NCBI GenBank assembly: GCA_964483115.1
Contig: CAYZZF010000001.1
Location: 19,907-83,906, forward strand
Origin: an uncultured Gammaproteobacteria bacterium
GTDB lineage: Bacteria > Patescibacteriota > Microgenomatia > Levybacterales > UBA12049
Length of the DNA stretch: 64,000 bases
Reading direction: 5' to 3'
The translations under genes were made by a program, and so were the position numbers. Positions 48,430-58,214 of this stretch are shown in pieces (position 1 is the first letter of the stretch; each line of letters opens with the position of its first letter). Under the pieces are notes generated by a model, which saw nothing but the letters and a program-made list of their open reading frames with translations, was not told the origin of the DNA and did no database searches.

Positions 48430-49464
48430 ATGACTAAAAATGTTCTTATTATTGGAGGGGCAGGTTTTATCGGTATAAACTGCGCATCTTATTATTTATT
48501 AAAGGGTGACAAAGTTACAATTTTTGACAACTTTTCAAGAGAAGGAAGTAGGAAAAATATAGAATGGTTGAAAGGTGAATTTACAGATAAGAAAGTTAAT
48601 ATAATAATAGGAGATATAAGACATGATTTACATAAACTTGAAAAATTAATAAAATCTGCGGATTTGATTTTTCATTTGGCAGCGCAGGTTGCCGTAACCA
48701 GTTCAGTTGAAAATCCCCGGGAGGATTTTGAAATAAACGCCTTGGGTACTTTTAATGTGTTGGAAGCTGTAAGAAAATCTGCAAGCAAAGCCGTTTTAAT
48801 TTACAGTTCCACAAACAAGGTATATGGAGGATTAGAGGACCTAAAAATTGCAGAAGGGAAAACAAGGTATAAATTTAAAAATTTGCCAAATGGAGTTTCA
48901 GAGGAAAGGAGTTTGGATTTTCATTCGCCGTATGGTTGCAGCAAGGGTACGGCAGACCAGTATGTAAGAGATTACGCAAGGATTTACGGCCTTAATACAA
49001 TAGTTTTCAGACAGTCTTGCATTTACGGTCCGCATCAATTTGGCATAGAGGATCAGGGGTGGGTTGCCTGGTTTATTATTGCTCTAACATTAGGGAAAAA
49101 AATAACAATTTACGGAAACGGAAAACAAGTAAGGGATTTATTGTACGTTGATGATTTGATTAGTGCCTACGACATAGCTGCAAAAAATATTAAAAAAACA
49201 AAAGGACAGATTTATAACATAGGCGGAGGGATAAAAAACACTATTTCTATATGGTACGACTTTAAGCCTATTTTAGAGAAATTGTTTAACAGAAAGTTAT
49301 CTCCCAATTTTTCTAAGTGGAGGCCGGGCGACCAGCCGATTTATGTCTCAGATATCAGAAAAGCCAAGAAAGATTTCGGATGGGAGCCAAAAGTGGAAGT
49401 AAAGGAAGGAATAAAAAAACTCTATGATTGGGTTTTGTCAAACAGGAATTTGTTTAATGCTTAA
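48430..49464 (+). CDS. CDP-paratose 2-epimerase (RfbE/Tyv)-like SDR
   Basis: LAAQVAVT, STNKVYG, SPYGCSKG.ADQY, DQGWVAWF. Confidence 0.85.
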   Translation: MTKNVLIIGGAGFIGINCASYYLLKGDKVTIFDNFSREGSRKNIEWLKGEFTDKKVNIIIGDIRHDLHKLEKLIKSADLIFHLAAQVAVTSSVENPREDFEINALGTFNVLEAVRKSASKAVLIYSSTNKVYGGLEDLKIAEGKTRYKFKNLPNGVSEERSLDFHSPYGCSKGTADQYVRDYARIYGLNTIVFRQSCIYGPHQFGIEDQGWVAWFIIALTLGKKITIYGNGKQVRDLLYVDDLISAYDIAAKNIKKTKGQIYNIGGGIKNTISIWYDFKPILEKLFNRKLSPNFSKWRPGDQPIYVSDIRKAKKDFGWEPKVEVKEGIKKLYDWVLSNRNLFNA

Positions 49465-50570
49465 TGGAAATTCTTATCTTAAACTGGAAAGATGTTAAAA
49501 ATCCCCATGCCGGCGGAGCGGAAATAATTGCCTTTGAATTTGCCAAACGTTTGGTAGAAGACGGACATAAGGTGACATTTTTTTCAAGAGCTTTTCCTAA
49601 CTGTCTAAAAGAAGAAAGGTTGGATGGCGTAAAGATAATAAGAAAAGGTAACAGATTCAGCGTTTATTTTGAAGTTTTTCTATACTACAAAAATCTTAAA
49701 AATAAACCAGATAGGGTAATAGACATGATAAATACACTTTGCTGGCAAACCCCTCTGTATGTACCTAAAAAAAATCGGATAGCTTACGTAAATCAGTTGG
49801 CAAAGGAAGTTTTTTTCTTTGAATTGTCAAGGCCTTTATCATACATAGCATATTTTTTAGAGGAATTACAGTATTTAACCTACAGGAATACAAGGTTTTT
49901 ATGCTATTCGGAAAGCACAAAAAAAGATTTGCAGGAATTTGGGATTAAAGGAAAAAATATAAGCATATTTTCTATGGGTTTGGATCATCAAAGGTATAAA
50001 AAAAACGGCAAGAAAACAAAGTACCCATTATTTATATATGTGGGAAGATTAGTAAGAATGAAGCGGGTGGATTTTTGCATAAGGGCTTTTTACGATGTTA
50101 TTAAAAAACATAAAAACGCAAAACTGGTAATTGTGGGGAACGGGCCTGACGAGAATAGGCTTTTTGACTTGACTAAAAAACTCAAACTTTCGAAAAATAT
50201 AGTTTTTGTAAATAAAAATAATTTTTTTCTCAAAAAACATAAAAATGACGTAAAAGTAAAACTTATGCAAGAAGCCTGGTGTTTACTTCTCCCCTCCGTT
50301 AAAGAAGGGTGGGGAATGGTGGTAACCGAAGCAGCAGCCTGCGGAACGCCGTCAATAGTTACTAACGTAACAGGGCTTAGGGATTCGGTTATAAAAGATA
50401 AGACAGGCCTGGTTTTATCGGAAAAACCGCCAATAAAAGAATTTTCAGATGCAATAATCAGAGTCATTGAGGATAATGGCTTAAGAGAAAGATTATCAAA
50501 AGAAGCCGTTTTATGGGCCGAAAATTTTAACTGGGACAAAAGTTACAAAGAATTTAAAAAATTAATATGA
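49464..50570 (+). CDS. GT4 glycosyltransferase
   Basis: AGGAE, VGRL..MK, EGWGMVVTEA. Confidence 0.9.
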   Translation: MEILILNWKDVKNPHAGGAEIIAFEFAKRLVEDGHKVTFFSRAFPNCLKEERLDGVKIIRKGNRFSVYFEVFLYYKNLKNKPDRVIDMINTLCWQTPLYVPKKNRIAYVNQLAKEVFFFELSRPLSYIAYFLEELQYLTYRNTRFLCYSESTKKDLQEFGIKGKNISIFSMGLDHQRYKKNGKKTKYPLFIYVGRLVRMKRVDFCIRAFYDVIKKHKNAKLVIVGNGPDENRLFDLTKKLKLSKNIVFVNKNNFFLKKHKNDVKVKLMQEAWCLLLPSVKEGWGMVVTEAAACGTPSIVTNVTGLRDSVIKDKTGLVLSEKPPIKEFSDAIIRVIEDNGLRERLSKEAVLWAENFNWDKSYKEFKKLI

Positions 50571-51397
50571 AGACTAATCCTTTAATATCGGTTATTGTTA
50601 GTACAAAAAACGAAGAAAAAAATATAAATAGTTGTTTAAAAAGCATAAAAAACCAAACATATAAAAACTTAGAAATAATTGTTGTTGATAATAACTCGCA
50701 GGATAAAACAGTTAAAATTGCTAAAAAATACACAAAATTGGTTTTTAATAAAGGCCCGGAAAGAAGCGCGCAGAGAAACTTCGGGGTATTAAAAGCAAAA
50801 GGGAAATATTTCTTATTTATTGACAGCGATATGGAACTATCAAAAGAAGTTGTAGAGGACTGTATTCAACTAGTTGAAAATTATAAAACAGTAGGAGGAG
50901 TGATTATTCCGGAAGAGTCAGTCGGCGAAGGATTTTGGACAAAATGTAAAGCCTTAGAAAGGAGTTTTTATATTGGAATTGACTGGATAGAGGCTCCCAG
51001 ATTTTTTTCTAAAAAGATATTTAATGAATTTAAAGGATACGACGAAAAGCAGACCGGGACTGAAGATTATGACTTGCCGCAGAGGATAAAACAAAGAATG
51101 GGAGAGAAATCAATTTCAAGAGTAAATAGTTTTATATATCACCATGAAGGGAGATTAAAACTTTGGTATACGCTGAAAAAAAAATATTACTACGCAAAAA
51201 CCGCTAATGTATACGCAAAAAAGAAATCAAATAAGGCATATTTTAATAAACAGGCAAATATCTTAGAAAGATACAAATTATTTTTTTCAAGACCTAAAAA
51301 ATTATTTAAAAATCCATTAGTTGGATTGGGTATGCTTTTTATGAAAACCACAGAGTTTGCCGCGGGAGGGTTAGGTTATTTTCTTTCGACTTTTTAA
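50567..51397 (+). CDS. GT2 glycosyltransferase
   Basis: VDNNSQD, RSAQRNFG, FIDSD, EDYDL. Confidence 0.9.
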   Translation: MKTNPLISVIVSTKNEEKNINSCLKSIKNQTYKNLEIIVVDNNSQDKTVKIAKKYTKLVFNKGPERSAQRNFGVLKAKGKYFLFIDSDMELSKEVVEDCIQLVENYKTVGGVIIPEESVGEGFWTKCKALERSFYIGIDWIEAPRFFSKKIFNEFKGYDEKQTGTEDYDLPQRIKQRMGEKSISRVNSFIYHHEGRLKLWYTLKKKYYYAKTANVYAKKKSNKAYFNKQANILERYKLFFSRPKKLFKNPLVGLGMLFMKTTEFAAGGLGYFLSTF

Positions 51398-51436
51398 AAT
51401 ATTGTATTTTAAAATGGTTTATATATAATTGAGTTT

Positions 51437-52618
51437 ATGATTAAGCTTATCAAATCAACATTTTATAAAGAAAAAGAAACAAAGAAAAAGCTTGTTGAAT
51501 TTATAAACAGTGCCAGCCAGCTAAGTATTGGCAAGGAGTGCAAAAAATTTGAAGAAAATTTCGCCAAATGGCAGAAAAGAAAATATTGCGTTTTTGTAAA
51601 CAGCGGAAGTTCCGCAAATCTTGCTGTAGTTCAATCTCTTTTAAACCTTGGGAAAATTAAAAAGGGTGATTATGTAGGTTTTTCTGCGGTTACATGGTCA
51701 ACAAACGTTATGCCTCTTATTCAGCTTGGGCTCAATCCTGTCCCGATAGATGTAGAACTTGATACTCTAAACGTATCAAGCAAAAAGCTTCTTGAAACAC
51801 TTAAAAAATATCCGATAAAAATGCTGTTTCTCACAAATTTATTAGGGTTTTGCGATGACATCGATAAAATTGTTAAGGTTTGTAAAAAGAACAAAATTAT
51901 TTTAGTAGAAGACAATTGTGAAGCATTAGGAACAGTTTATAAAGGTAAAAAACTTGGAAATTTCGGACTGGCTTCCACTTTTTCGTTTTATGTCGGTCAC
52001 CATCTGTCAACTGTCGAAGGAGGGGCGGTATGTACGGACAGCTCCGAGTTTGAAACCATGCTTCAGATGGTAAGAGCTCATGGTTGGGATAGAAACCTAA
52101 CAAAGCAAAAACAACTTAAAATAAGAATAAAACATAATGTCAATTCAACTTTTTACTCAAGGTACACCTTTTACGATTTGGGTTACAACTTAAGGACAAC
52201 GGAGATAAACGGTTTTATTGGCAATATTCAGCTTAAATACACAGATGAAATTATTGAAAAAAGACGGGATAATTTTTTAAGATTAGCGTCCCCAATTTAT
52301 AAAATAAAAGATAAGTATTATCCTCTTAAATACGATCATATCGAGCTTCTTTCTAATTTTGCAGTGCCAGTTATCTGTAAGTCAAAAAAAATAAGGGATA
52401 AGTTGGTTGAGAAATGCAAAGACAAAGTAGAGATCAGGCCGATTGTCGGGGGAGATATGGTTGTCCAGCCGTTTTTTAAAAAATACATGCCCGATGTTGT
52501 AAAAAATTTCAACAATTCAAATGCCAGACTTGTTCACGAGCAGGGACTTTACTTTGGAAACAATCCAGAATTGACAAAAAAAGAAATTGACGAAATTGTA
52601 GAAATATTTACAAAGTAA
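51437..52618 (+). CDS. ColD/WbdK-like PLP-dependent NDP-4-keto-6-deoxyhexose 3-dehydratase
   Basis: VNSGSSANL, EDNCE, SFYVGHHLSTVEGG (His at the catalytic Lys position), RAHGW; 393 aa. Confidence 0.75.
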   Translation: MIKLIKSTFYKEKETKKKLVEFINSASQLSIGKECKKFEENFAKWQKRKYCVFVNSGSSANLAVVQSLLNLGKIKKGDYVGFSAVTWSTNVMPLIQLGLNPVPIDVELDTLNVSSKKLLETLKKYPIKMLFLTNLLGFCDDIDKIVKVCKKNKIILVEDNCEALGTVYKGKKLGNFGLASTFSFYVGHHLSTVEGGAVCTDSSEFETMLQMVRAHGWDRNLTKQKQLKIRIKHNVNSTFYSRYTFYDLGYNLRTTEINGFIGNIQLKYTDEIIEKRRDNFLRLASPIYKIKDKYYPLKYDHIELLSNFAVPVICKSKKIRDKLVEKCKDKVEIRPIVGGDMVVQPFFKKYMPDVVKNFNNSNARLVHEQGLYFGNNPELTKKEIDEIVEIFTK

Positions 52619-52619
52619 T

Positions 52620-53597
52620 ATGAATAATTTTTGGAAAGATAAAAAAGTTTTGATAACAGGCGGAGCAGGTTTTATAGGAAGCCATTTAGTTGAAAAATTA
52701 GTTAAAAGAAAAGCCAAAGTTTCGGTTTTGGATAACCTTGTAAGTGGTTCATTGGATAATCTTAAAAGTGTTGAAAAACAGATTAAATTTATTAAGGGCG
52801 ACTGCGCAAATTTAGAAGTTGCGCAGAAAACCTGCAGAAGGCAGGATGTGGTAATGAATTTGGCTGCCAGAGTAGGAGGAATTGAGTATAACAGAACGCA
52901 TCATGCAACTATGTTTAAGGACAATCTTCCGATAGAAGCTACAATGATAGAAGCAGCAAGGCTTGAGAGGGTGGAGAGGTTTTTGGTGGTTTCTTCGGCG
53001 TGCGTTTATCCGCATGATTGCTCAATACCAACTCCTGAATCGGAAGGATTTTTAGACGAACCCGAGCCGACAAACGGAGGCTACGGCTGGGCAAAAAGAA
53101 TGGGAGAAAAATTAGGAGAATACTATGCGAAGGAGTTTGGAATGAAGGTTGGGATAGTCAGGCCTTATAATTGCTACGGGCCCCGAGATCATTTTGAACC
53201 TGATAAGTCGCACGTAATTCCTGCTCTTATCAAAAGAGTTTTTGACGGGGAAAATCCGGTTAAAGTTTGGGGAAGCGGTAGTCAGACAAGAGCCTTTTTA
53301 TATGTAGAAGATTTGGCAGAAGGTATGATACTGGCAATAGAAAAGTATACAAAACCAGACCCGATTAATTTAGGAACAGACGAGGAAATTTCCATAAAAG
53401 ATTTAATAAAAAAAATAATTGAAATAAGCAAGAAAAGTGTAAAGGTTGAGTTTGATACAACAAAACCGGACGGGAGCCCAAGGAGAAACAGTAACAATAA
53501 AAAGGCAGTGGAAAAAATCGGTTTTAAGCCGACCATAAAACTTAATGAAGGTCTTAGAAAAACAATAAATTGGTATAAAGAATACGCCAACTTATGA
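52620..53597 (+). CDS. GDP-sugar epimerase/reductase (Fcl/ColC/GME-like)
   Basis: LAARVGGI, SSACVYP, YGWAK, SHVIPALI, VWGSG..R.F. Confidence 0.8.
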   Translation: MNNFWKDKKVLITGGAGFIGSHLVEKLVKRKAKVSVLDNLVSGSLDNLKSVEKQIKFIKGDCANLEVAQKTCRRQDVVMNLAARVGGIEYNRTHHATMFKDNLPIEATMIEAARLERVERFLVVSSACVYPHDCSIPTPESEGFLDEPEPTNGGYGWAKRMGEKLGEYYAKEFGMKVGIVRPYNCYGPRDHFEPDKSHVIPALIKRVFDGENPVKVWGSGSQTRAFLYVEDLAEGMILAIEKYTKPDPINLGTDEEISIKDLIKKIIEISKKSVKVEFDTTKPDGSPRRNSNNKKAVEKIGFKPTIKLNEGLRKTINWYKEYANL

Positions 53598-54739
53598 GCC
53601 TCAAAAATTCCACCTTTGTTATTGTAACGCACGTTTACGCAACTGGACCGGCCTTCCGGCTTGAGGAATATCTTCAAAAAAAAATAAAAAATCTGATATT
53701 CATCGGACATGCTTTTTCTTACACAAAAGACACGCGTTCTTTTTTAAAAATTTATAAAAACGGAAAACTTATCAAGGAAACTAAATTTAGAAAGTGGAAA
53801 GGTCCGGAATTATCTTTTTATTTTAAAGATATTTTTTTGACAATTTGGTGGGTATTAAAATTTGCTCCAAAAGTCGATTACTTTGTAGGGGTGGACAACC
53901 TGAATGCTTTTAGCGGACATACTTTAAAATTGATAGGTAAAGTAAGGCACATAATTTTTTATACTATAGATTATATACCCAACCGTTTTGAAAATAAAAC
54001 GTTAAACTATATTTATCATTTTCTTGACAGACTAGCGGTAAGAAAAAGCGATAAAGTCTGGAACCTTTCTGCGATAATGGTAAAAGAAAGGGAAAAAAGA
54101 GGCGTTGAAGTTAATTGTCGGGATAAACAAATAGTTGTCCCCATTGGTACGGATATTCCAAGCAAAATATTAAATTTCAAGAATATAGACAGATACAAAA
54201 TAGTTTTTATGGGACATCTTAGAGAGGGACAGGGAGTTGAGCTTTTGCTGGAGGCGATGCCTGATGTTATAAAAAAAATTCCAAAGGCTCATTTTTTTAT
54301 CATTGGCGGTGGACCATTAGGGGATAAGTACAAAAAAATTGCGGATAGGAAAAGACTTACAAGGCATGTCAAGTTTTCAGGTTTTGTTAAGGAGTATTCA
54401 GACGTAGAGAAACTTTTAAAAGATTCTGCAGTTGCTGTTGCACCGTATGTTGACGATGATAGAACTTATACTAGATACACAGACCCTGGAAAGCCTAAAG
54501 ATTATTTGGCAAGTGGTTTACCCGTTGTTATAACAAAAGTTCCCCAGGTTGCATACGAGATAGAAAAAAATAAATGCGGAATTGCAATAAGCGATAATAA
54601 AAAAGAGCTAACGGAAGCGCTTGTAAAACTATTAACGGATGATAAAATGCTTTCCGAGTTTAGAAAGAACGCCTTAAAAATGGCCAAAAAATATACTTGG
54701 GACAAAATTTTTGCTAAAGCATTAAAAGAAACACTGTGA
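53594..54739 (+). CDS. GT4 glycosyltransferase
   Basis: FMGHL, PGKPKDYLASGLPV. Confidence 0.85.
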   Translation: MSLKNSTFVIVTHVYATGPAFRLEEYLQKKIKNLIFIGHAFSYTKDTRSFLKIYKNGKLIKETKFRKWKGPELSFYFKDIFLTIWWVLKFAPKVDYFVGVDNLNAFSGHTLKLIGKVRHIIFYTIDYIPNRFENKTLNYIYHFLDRLAVRKSDKVWNLSAIMVKEREKRGVEVNCRDKQIVVPIGTDIPSKILNFKNIDRYKIVFMGHLREGQGVELLLEAMPDVIKKIPKAHFFIIGGGPLGDKYKKIADRKRLTRHVKFSGFVKEYSDVEKLLKDSAVAVAPYVDDDRTYTRYTDPGKPKDYLASGLPVVITKVPQVAYEIEKNKCGIAISDNKKELTEALVKLLTDDKMLSEFRKNALKMAKKYTWDKIFAKALKETL

Positions 54740-55761
54740 AAAAATTAGTTTCCGTAATTATTGTTAATTGGAATGGGAAGAGGTTCTTAAAGGAATGTTT
54801 ATCATCCTTATTTGCACAAGACTACAAAAATATTGAAGTTATTTTTGTAGATAATGCGTCTACGGATGATTCTGTTGACTATGTTAAGAAAAATTTTCCA
54901 AAAACAAAGATAGTTTCAAACAAGAAAAATCTAGGTTTTGCAGAAGGTAATAATATCGGGTATAAAAATGCAACAGGCGATTATATTTTATTTTTAAATA
55001 ACGATACCAAGGTTACAAAAAGTTTTTTAACGGAATTGGTAAAAGTTTTGGAAAGTGATAAAAAAATAGGAGGAGTGCAAAGTAAAATTTTGTTAATGGA
55101 CGACCCGACCCGGCTTGATTCAGTAGGTGCATTTTTAACAAACACCGGCTTTTTGTACCACTACGGTATAGCAAAAAAAGATTCTCCGAAATACAATAAA
55201 CAGATTGACATATATTCCGCAAAAGGGGCTTGCATGATTTTTAAAAGAGAAGTGTTGGAAAAAATAAAAGTAGACGGGGAAATTTTTGACAGCCGATATT
55301 TTGTATATTTTGAAGAAACAGATATGTGTCACCGAATTTGGCTAGCGGGATACAAAATTGTTTTTGTCCCTAAATCAGTTGTTTATCATAAAATGGGCGG
55401 CACAAGCGCAAAACTTGATAATGCGTTTGTTCAATATCACTCATTTAAAAACAGAATAAATTCTTATATCAAGAATTTAGGAACATTGGAACTATTAAAA
55501 ATTCTACCGCTTCATATTTTAATGTGCGAAGCGTTTGCGCTAATACTTCTTATAAAATTAAAATTTTCTTTATTTCTCTCAATCCAGAAAGCAATAGTCT
55601 GGAATCTAGCAGTTCTAAATGCAACCTTAATTAAAAGAAAGCAAATACAAAAATATATAAGAGAGGTAAACGACATGCGTTTGCTACATAAAGTTTTAAG
55701 AAACGTTAGGTTTACTTATTACTACCATTTATTCGGCGGGCTTAAGAATTACAATGAATAG
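54736..55761 (+). CDS. GT2 (WbbL-like)
   Basis: IVNWNG, FLNNDT, GAC, YFEETD. Confidence 0.9.
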   Translation: MKKLVSVIIVNWNGKRFLKECLSSLFAQDYKNIEVIFVDNASTDDSVDYVKKNFPKTKIVSNKKNLGFAEGNNIGYKNATGDYILFLNNDTKVTKSFLTELVKVLESDKKIGGVQSKILLMDDPTRLDSVGAFLTNTGFLYHYGIAKKDSPKYNKQIDIYSAKGACMIFKREVLEKIKVDGEIFDSRYFVYFEETDMCHRIWLAGYKIVFVPKSVVYHKMGGTSAKLDNAFVQYHSFKNRINSYIKNLGTLELLKILPLHILMCEAFALILLIKLKFSLFLSIQKAIVWNLAVLNATLIKRKQIQKYIREVNDMRLLHKVLRNVRFTYYYHLFGGLKNYNE

Positions 55762-56998
55762 AAAAAATAAAATTGCCTTTATTACACCAATTTATCTGCC
55801 TGCAAATTTAACGGGCTCTTCAGGAATAATTAGGGAAATTTCGGAATATCTAGCAAAAATAGGTTTTGATGTTTCTATTATTACCTCTAATGCTTTAACT
55901 GGTAGATATTGGTATGATCCAATCTTTGGTAAAAAAATTGATAAAAAATTTGAGAAGATCAATGGTGTAAAAGTGTTTCGACTTTCCTGCAATCAATTTA
56001 TTTCCAGTTCTTGTTTTATTCTGGTTAGGTATCTGAATTTTTTATTGTCTCAAAAGCTTTTAGATAAACTAGAAATTATATCAAATGGCCCATTTCTAAA
56101 TGGGTTAGGAAGCATCTTAGCAAAAGAGAAATTTGATATTATCCACTCTTCACCATTTCCTTTGAATATTAACAGGCAAGTAGTTAGCGAAATAAAAAAA
56201 CTTGATAATAAACCAAAACTAATTTTTACCCCCTTTTTGCATACGGAATTGAAAGAATTTAAAAATCCAGAACTTGCTAAGATTATTTCTAATGCGGATA
56301 TAGTACATGTAGTTACTAATGCAGAAAAGTTGTATGTAGAAAAAAAATTAAATCTGAAAAATAAAAAAATTGTGGTAATAGCATTATTTATTAATTTCAA
56401 AAAGCTTAGTCCTATTGAAAAATTGAACGAAGATATTAAAAGATTCAAAGATAAATATAAACTCAACGGTAAGAAAATAGTTCTATTTGCAGGCATTAAG
56501 GGATACATGAAGGGCGCAATTACTCTTCTTAATGTAATAAATGAGATATATAGAAAAAATTCCTCTTACGTCTTAATAACTATTGGTAATGATACTCCTG
56601 AGTGGGTGAAAGAAAAAAAGAAGATTAATCCTAAATTTCTTTTGGACTTTGGATATGTTGATGATAAAACTAAAGAAATCATTTTTTCAGCCTGCGATGT
56701 ATTTTGTATGCCCTCGATTAGTGAATCCTTTGGGTTAACCTATCTTGAAGCGTGGCATAAGAAAAAAATGGTTATTGGAGCTTATGTGCCTGCTGTTAGA
56801 GAAATTATAACCAAAGCAAAAGGTGGTTTGCTTGTAAAATTTAATGACTCTAAAGATCTCCAGCTAAAAATTTATGAATCCTTTAAGAAAAATAACAATT
56901 CTTCAAGAATGGGCATGAATGGCTATAAATATTTGCTTAAAAACTACGAAAACTTAAAAATCTTTGATAAATATAGTAAGTTATTTTCTATAAGCTAA
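55754..56998 (+). CDS. GT4 glycosyltransferase
   Basis: PSISESFGLTYLEAW. Confidence 0.9.
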   Translation: MNRKNKIAFITPIYLPANLTGSSGIIREISEYLAKIGFDVSIITSNALTGRYWYDPIFGKKIDKKFEKINGVKVFRLSCNQFISSSCFILVRYLNFLLSQKLLDKLEIISNGPFLNGLGSILAKEKFDIIHSSPFPLNINRQVVSEIKKLDNKPKLIFTPFLHTELKEFKNPELAKIISNADIVHVVTNAEKLYVEKKLNLKNKKIVVIALFINFKKLSPIEKLNEDIKRFKDKYKLNGKKIVLFAGIKGYMKGAITLLNVINEIYRKNSSYVLITIGNDTPEWVKEKKKINPKFLLDFGYVDDKTKEIIFSACDVFCMPSISESFGLTYLEAWHKKKMVIGAYVPAVREIITKAKGGLLVKFNDSKDLQLKIYESFKKNNNSSRMGMNGYKYLLKNYENLKIFDKYSKLFSIS

Positions 56999-57002
56999 TA
57001 TC

Positions 57003-58214
57003 ATGAAAGTTGCTTTGTTATTTTATTCATTAACAATAAAAGGGGGGGGTTCAAGGCAGTTTTTACAATTAGCCAACTACCTACAAGATAAAGGCAACGA
57101 AGTAACTGTTTTTGCAATAGAATACAATTCCAGAGAATGTTTTCCGGAGCTTTGTAAAAAATTAAATATAATATCTCTTAATAAGGATAAGGAATTTTTT
57201 AACCACTCACAAGATTTTTCCATAAAGGAACAAATAAGAAATTTCTTTCTCGTATTTAAACTGGGATATTTAGTTTCCAAATATGATTTTCGTCTTTTAA
57301 ATCCTCATGAGTGGCCGGCTAGTTGGGCAGCGGTGGTAGCGAAGTTATTAAAATTAGGTAAACCTAAAATAATTTGGATGTGTAATGATTTATGGCATGT
57401 ATATAATCCCTACATAAAAAATTATAGCCTTAACTTCAAACTTAGAAGGATGCTTGATGTTTTTGTTACTAAGTATTTTGTTAATGACATAGTGGTTCTA
57501 GACAACAGAATTAAAAAATTGGTAAAGATTTTTTATAAAAAAAACGCAAAAGTGGTAAGAAGTGGAATTGATATCAAAAATTTTTTGTCTTTTAAGCATT
57601 CTGACTATAAAAACAAAACGATTAGAAAAAAATTAGGCATAGGAAGTCACGAATGTTTACTTATGTCTTTTGGTATTTTTTATCCTCAGAGAAGGTTTGA
57701 GGATGCAATTTTATCGGTCAAAAGTGTTAAAGATGACTTAAAAGTAAAAAAAGATTTTAAATATGCGATAATAGGGTCCAACAAGAGAGATCCTGATTAT
57801 TTTAATAAGATTAAATTAATGACTAATGAATATAAACTTGATAATTCTGTAAAATTTATTACAAGTTCGGTTAGTGATAAAGAATTGTTGTATTTTTACG
57901 ATTCATGTGACGTATTTATTTTTCCTAATGATAAGCAAACTTGGGGGTTGGCTGTAATAGAGGCAATGGCATTGGGAAAACCCTGTGTGGTATCTACAGG
58001 GTCGGGTGTTTCAGAGGTGCTTACCAATGAAGAAAATGCTCTTCTTGTGAAACCTAGAAACCCATCTCAACTGGCTTTAGCTTTAAAAAAACTCATCGAA
58101 AATACTGAAGATAGAAAAAAAATTGGAATTAACGGTAAAAAGCTTGTTTTATCCAATTTCTCTTGGGAAAAATATTCTTCAGGCATGTTAAATATCATGA
58201 GTAAATATGTCTAA
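57003..58214 (+). CDS. GT4 glycosyltransferase
   Basis: GGGSR, QTWGLAVIEAMALG. Confidence 0.9.
   Translation: MKVALLFYSLTIKGGGSRQFLQLANYLQDKGNEVTVFAIEYNSRECFPELCKKLNIISLNKDKEFFNHSQDFSIKEQIRNFFLVFKLGYLVSKYDFRLLNPHEWPASWAAVVAKLLKLGKPKIIWMCNDLWHVYNPYIKNYSLNFKLRRMLDVFVTKYFVNDIVVLDNRIKKLVKIFYKKNAKVVRSGIDIKNFLSFKHSDYKNKTIRKKLGIGSHECLLMSFGIFYPQRRFEDAILSVKSVKDDLKVKKDFKYAIIGSNKRDPDYFNKIKLMTNEYKLDNSVKFITSSVSDKELLYFYDSCDVFIFPNDKQTWGLAVIEAMALGKPCVVSTGSGVSEVLTNEENALLVKPRNPSQLALALKKLIENTEDRKKIGINGKKLVLSNFSWEKYSSGMLNIMSKYV

Noticed and set aside
57042-57049. G8 tract near the start of a GT4 gene as a phase-variation switch
   Set aside because: It encodes the Gly-rich motif usual at GT4 N-termini and is a single short tract; read data would be needed
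954-57280. Short overlapping or antisense ORFs in the track (e.g. 1328-1750, 23885-24343, 50090-50539, 56050-56508)
   Set aside because: They are shadows of well-supported genes and carry no recognisable motifs
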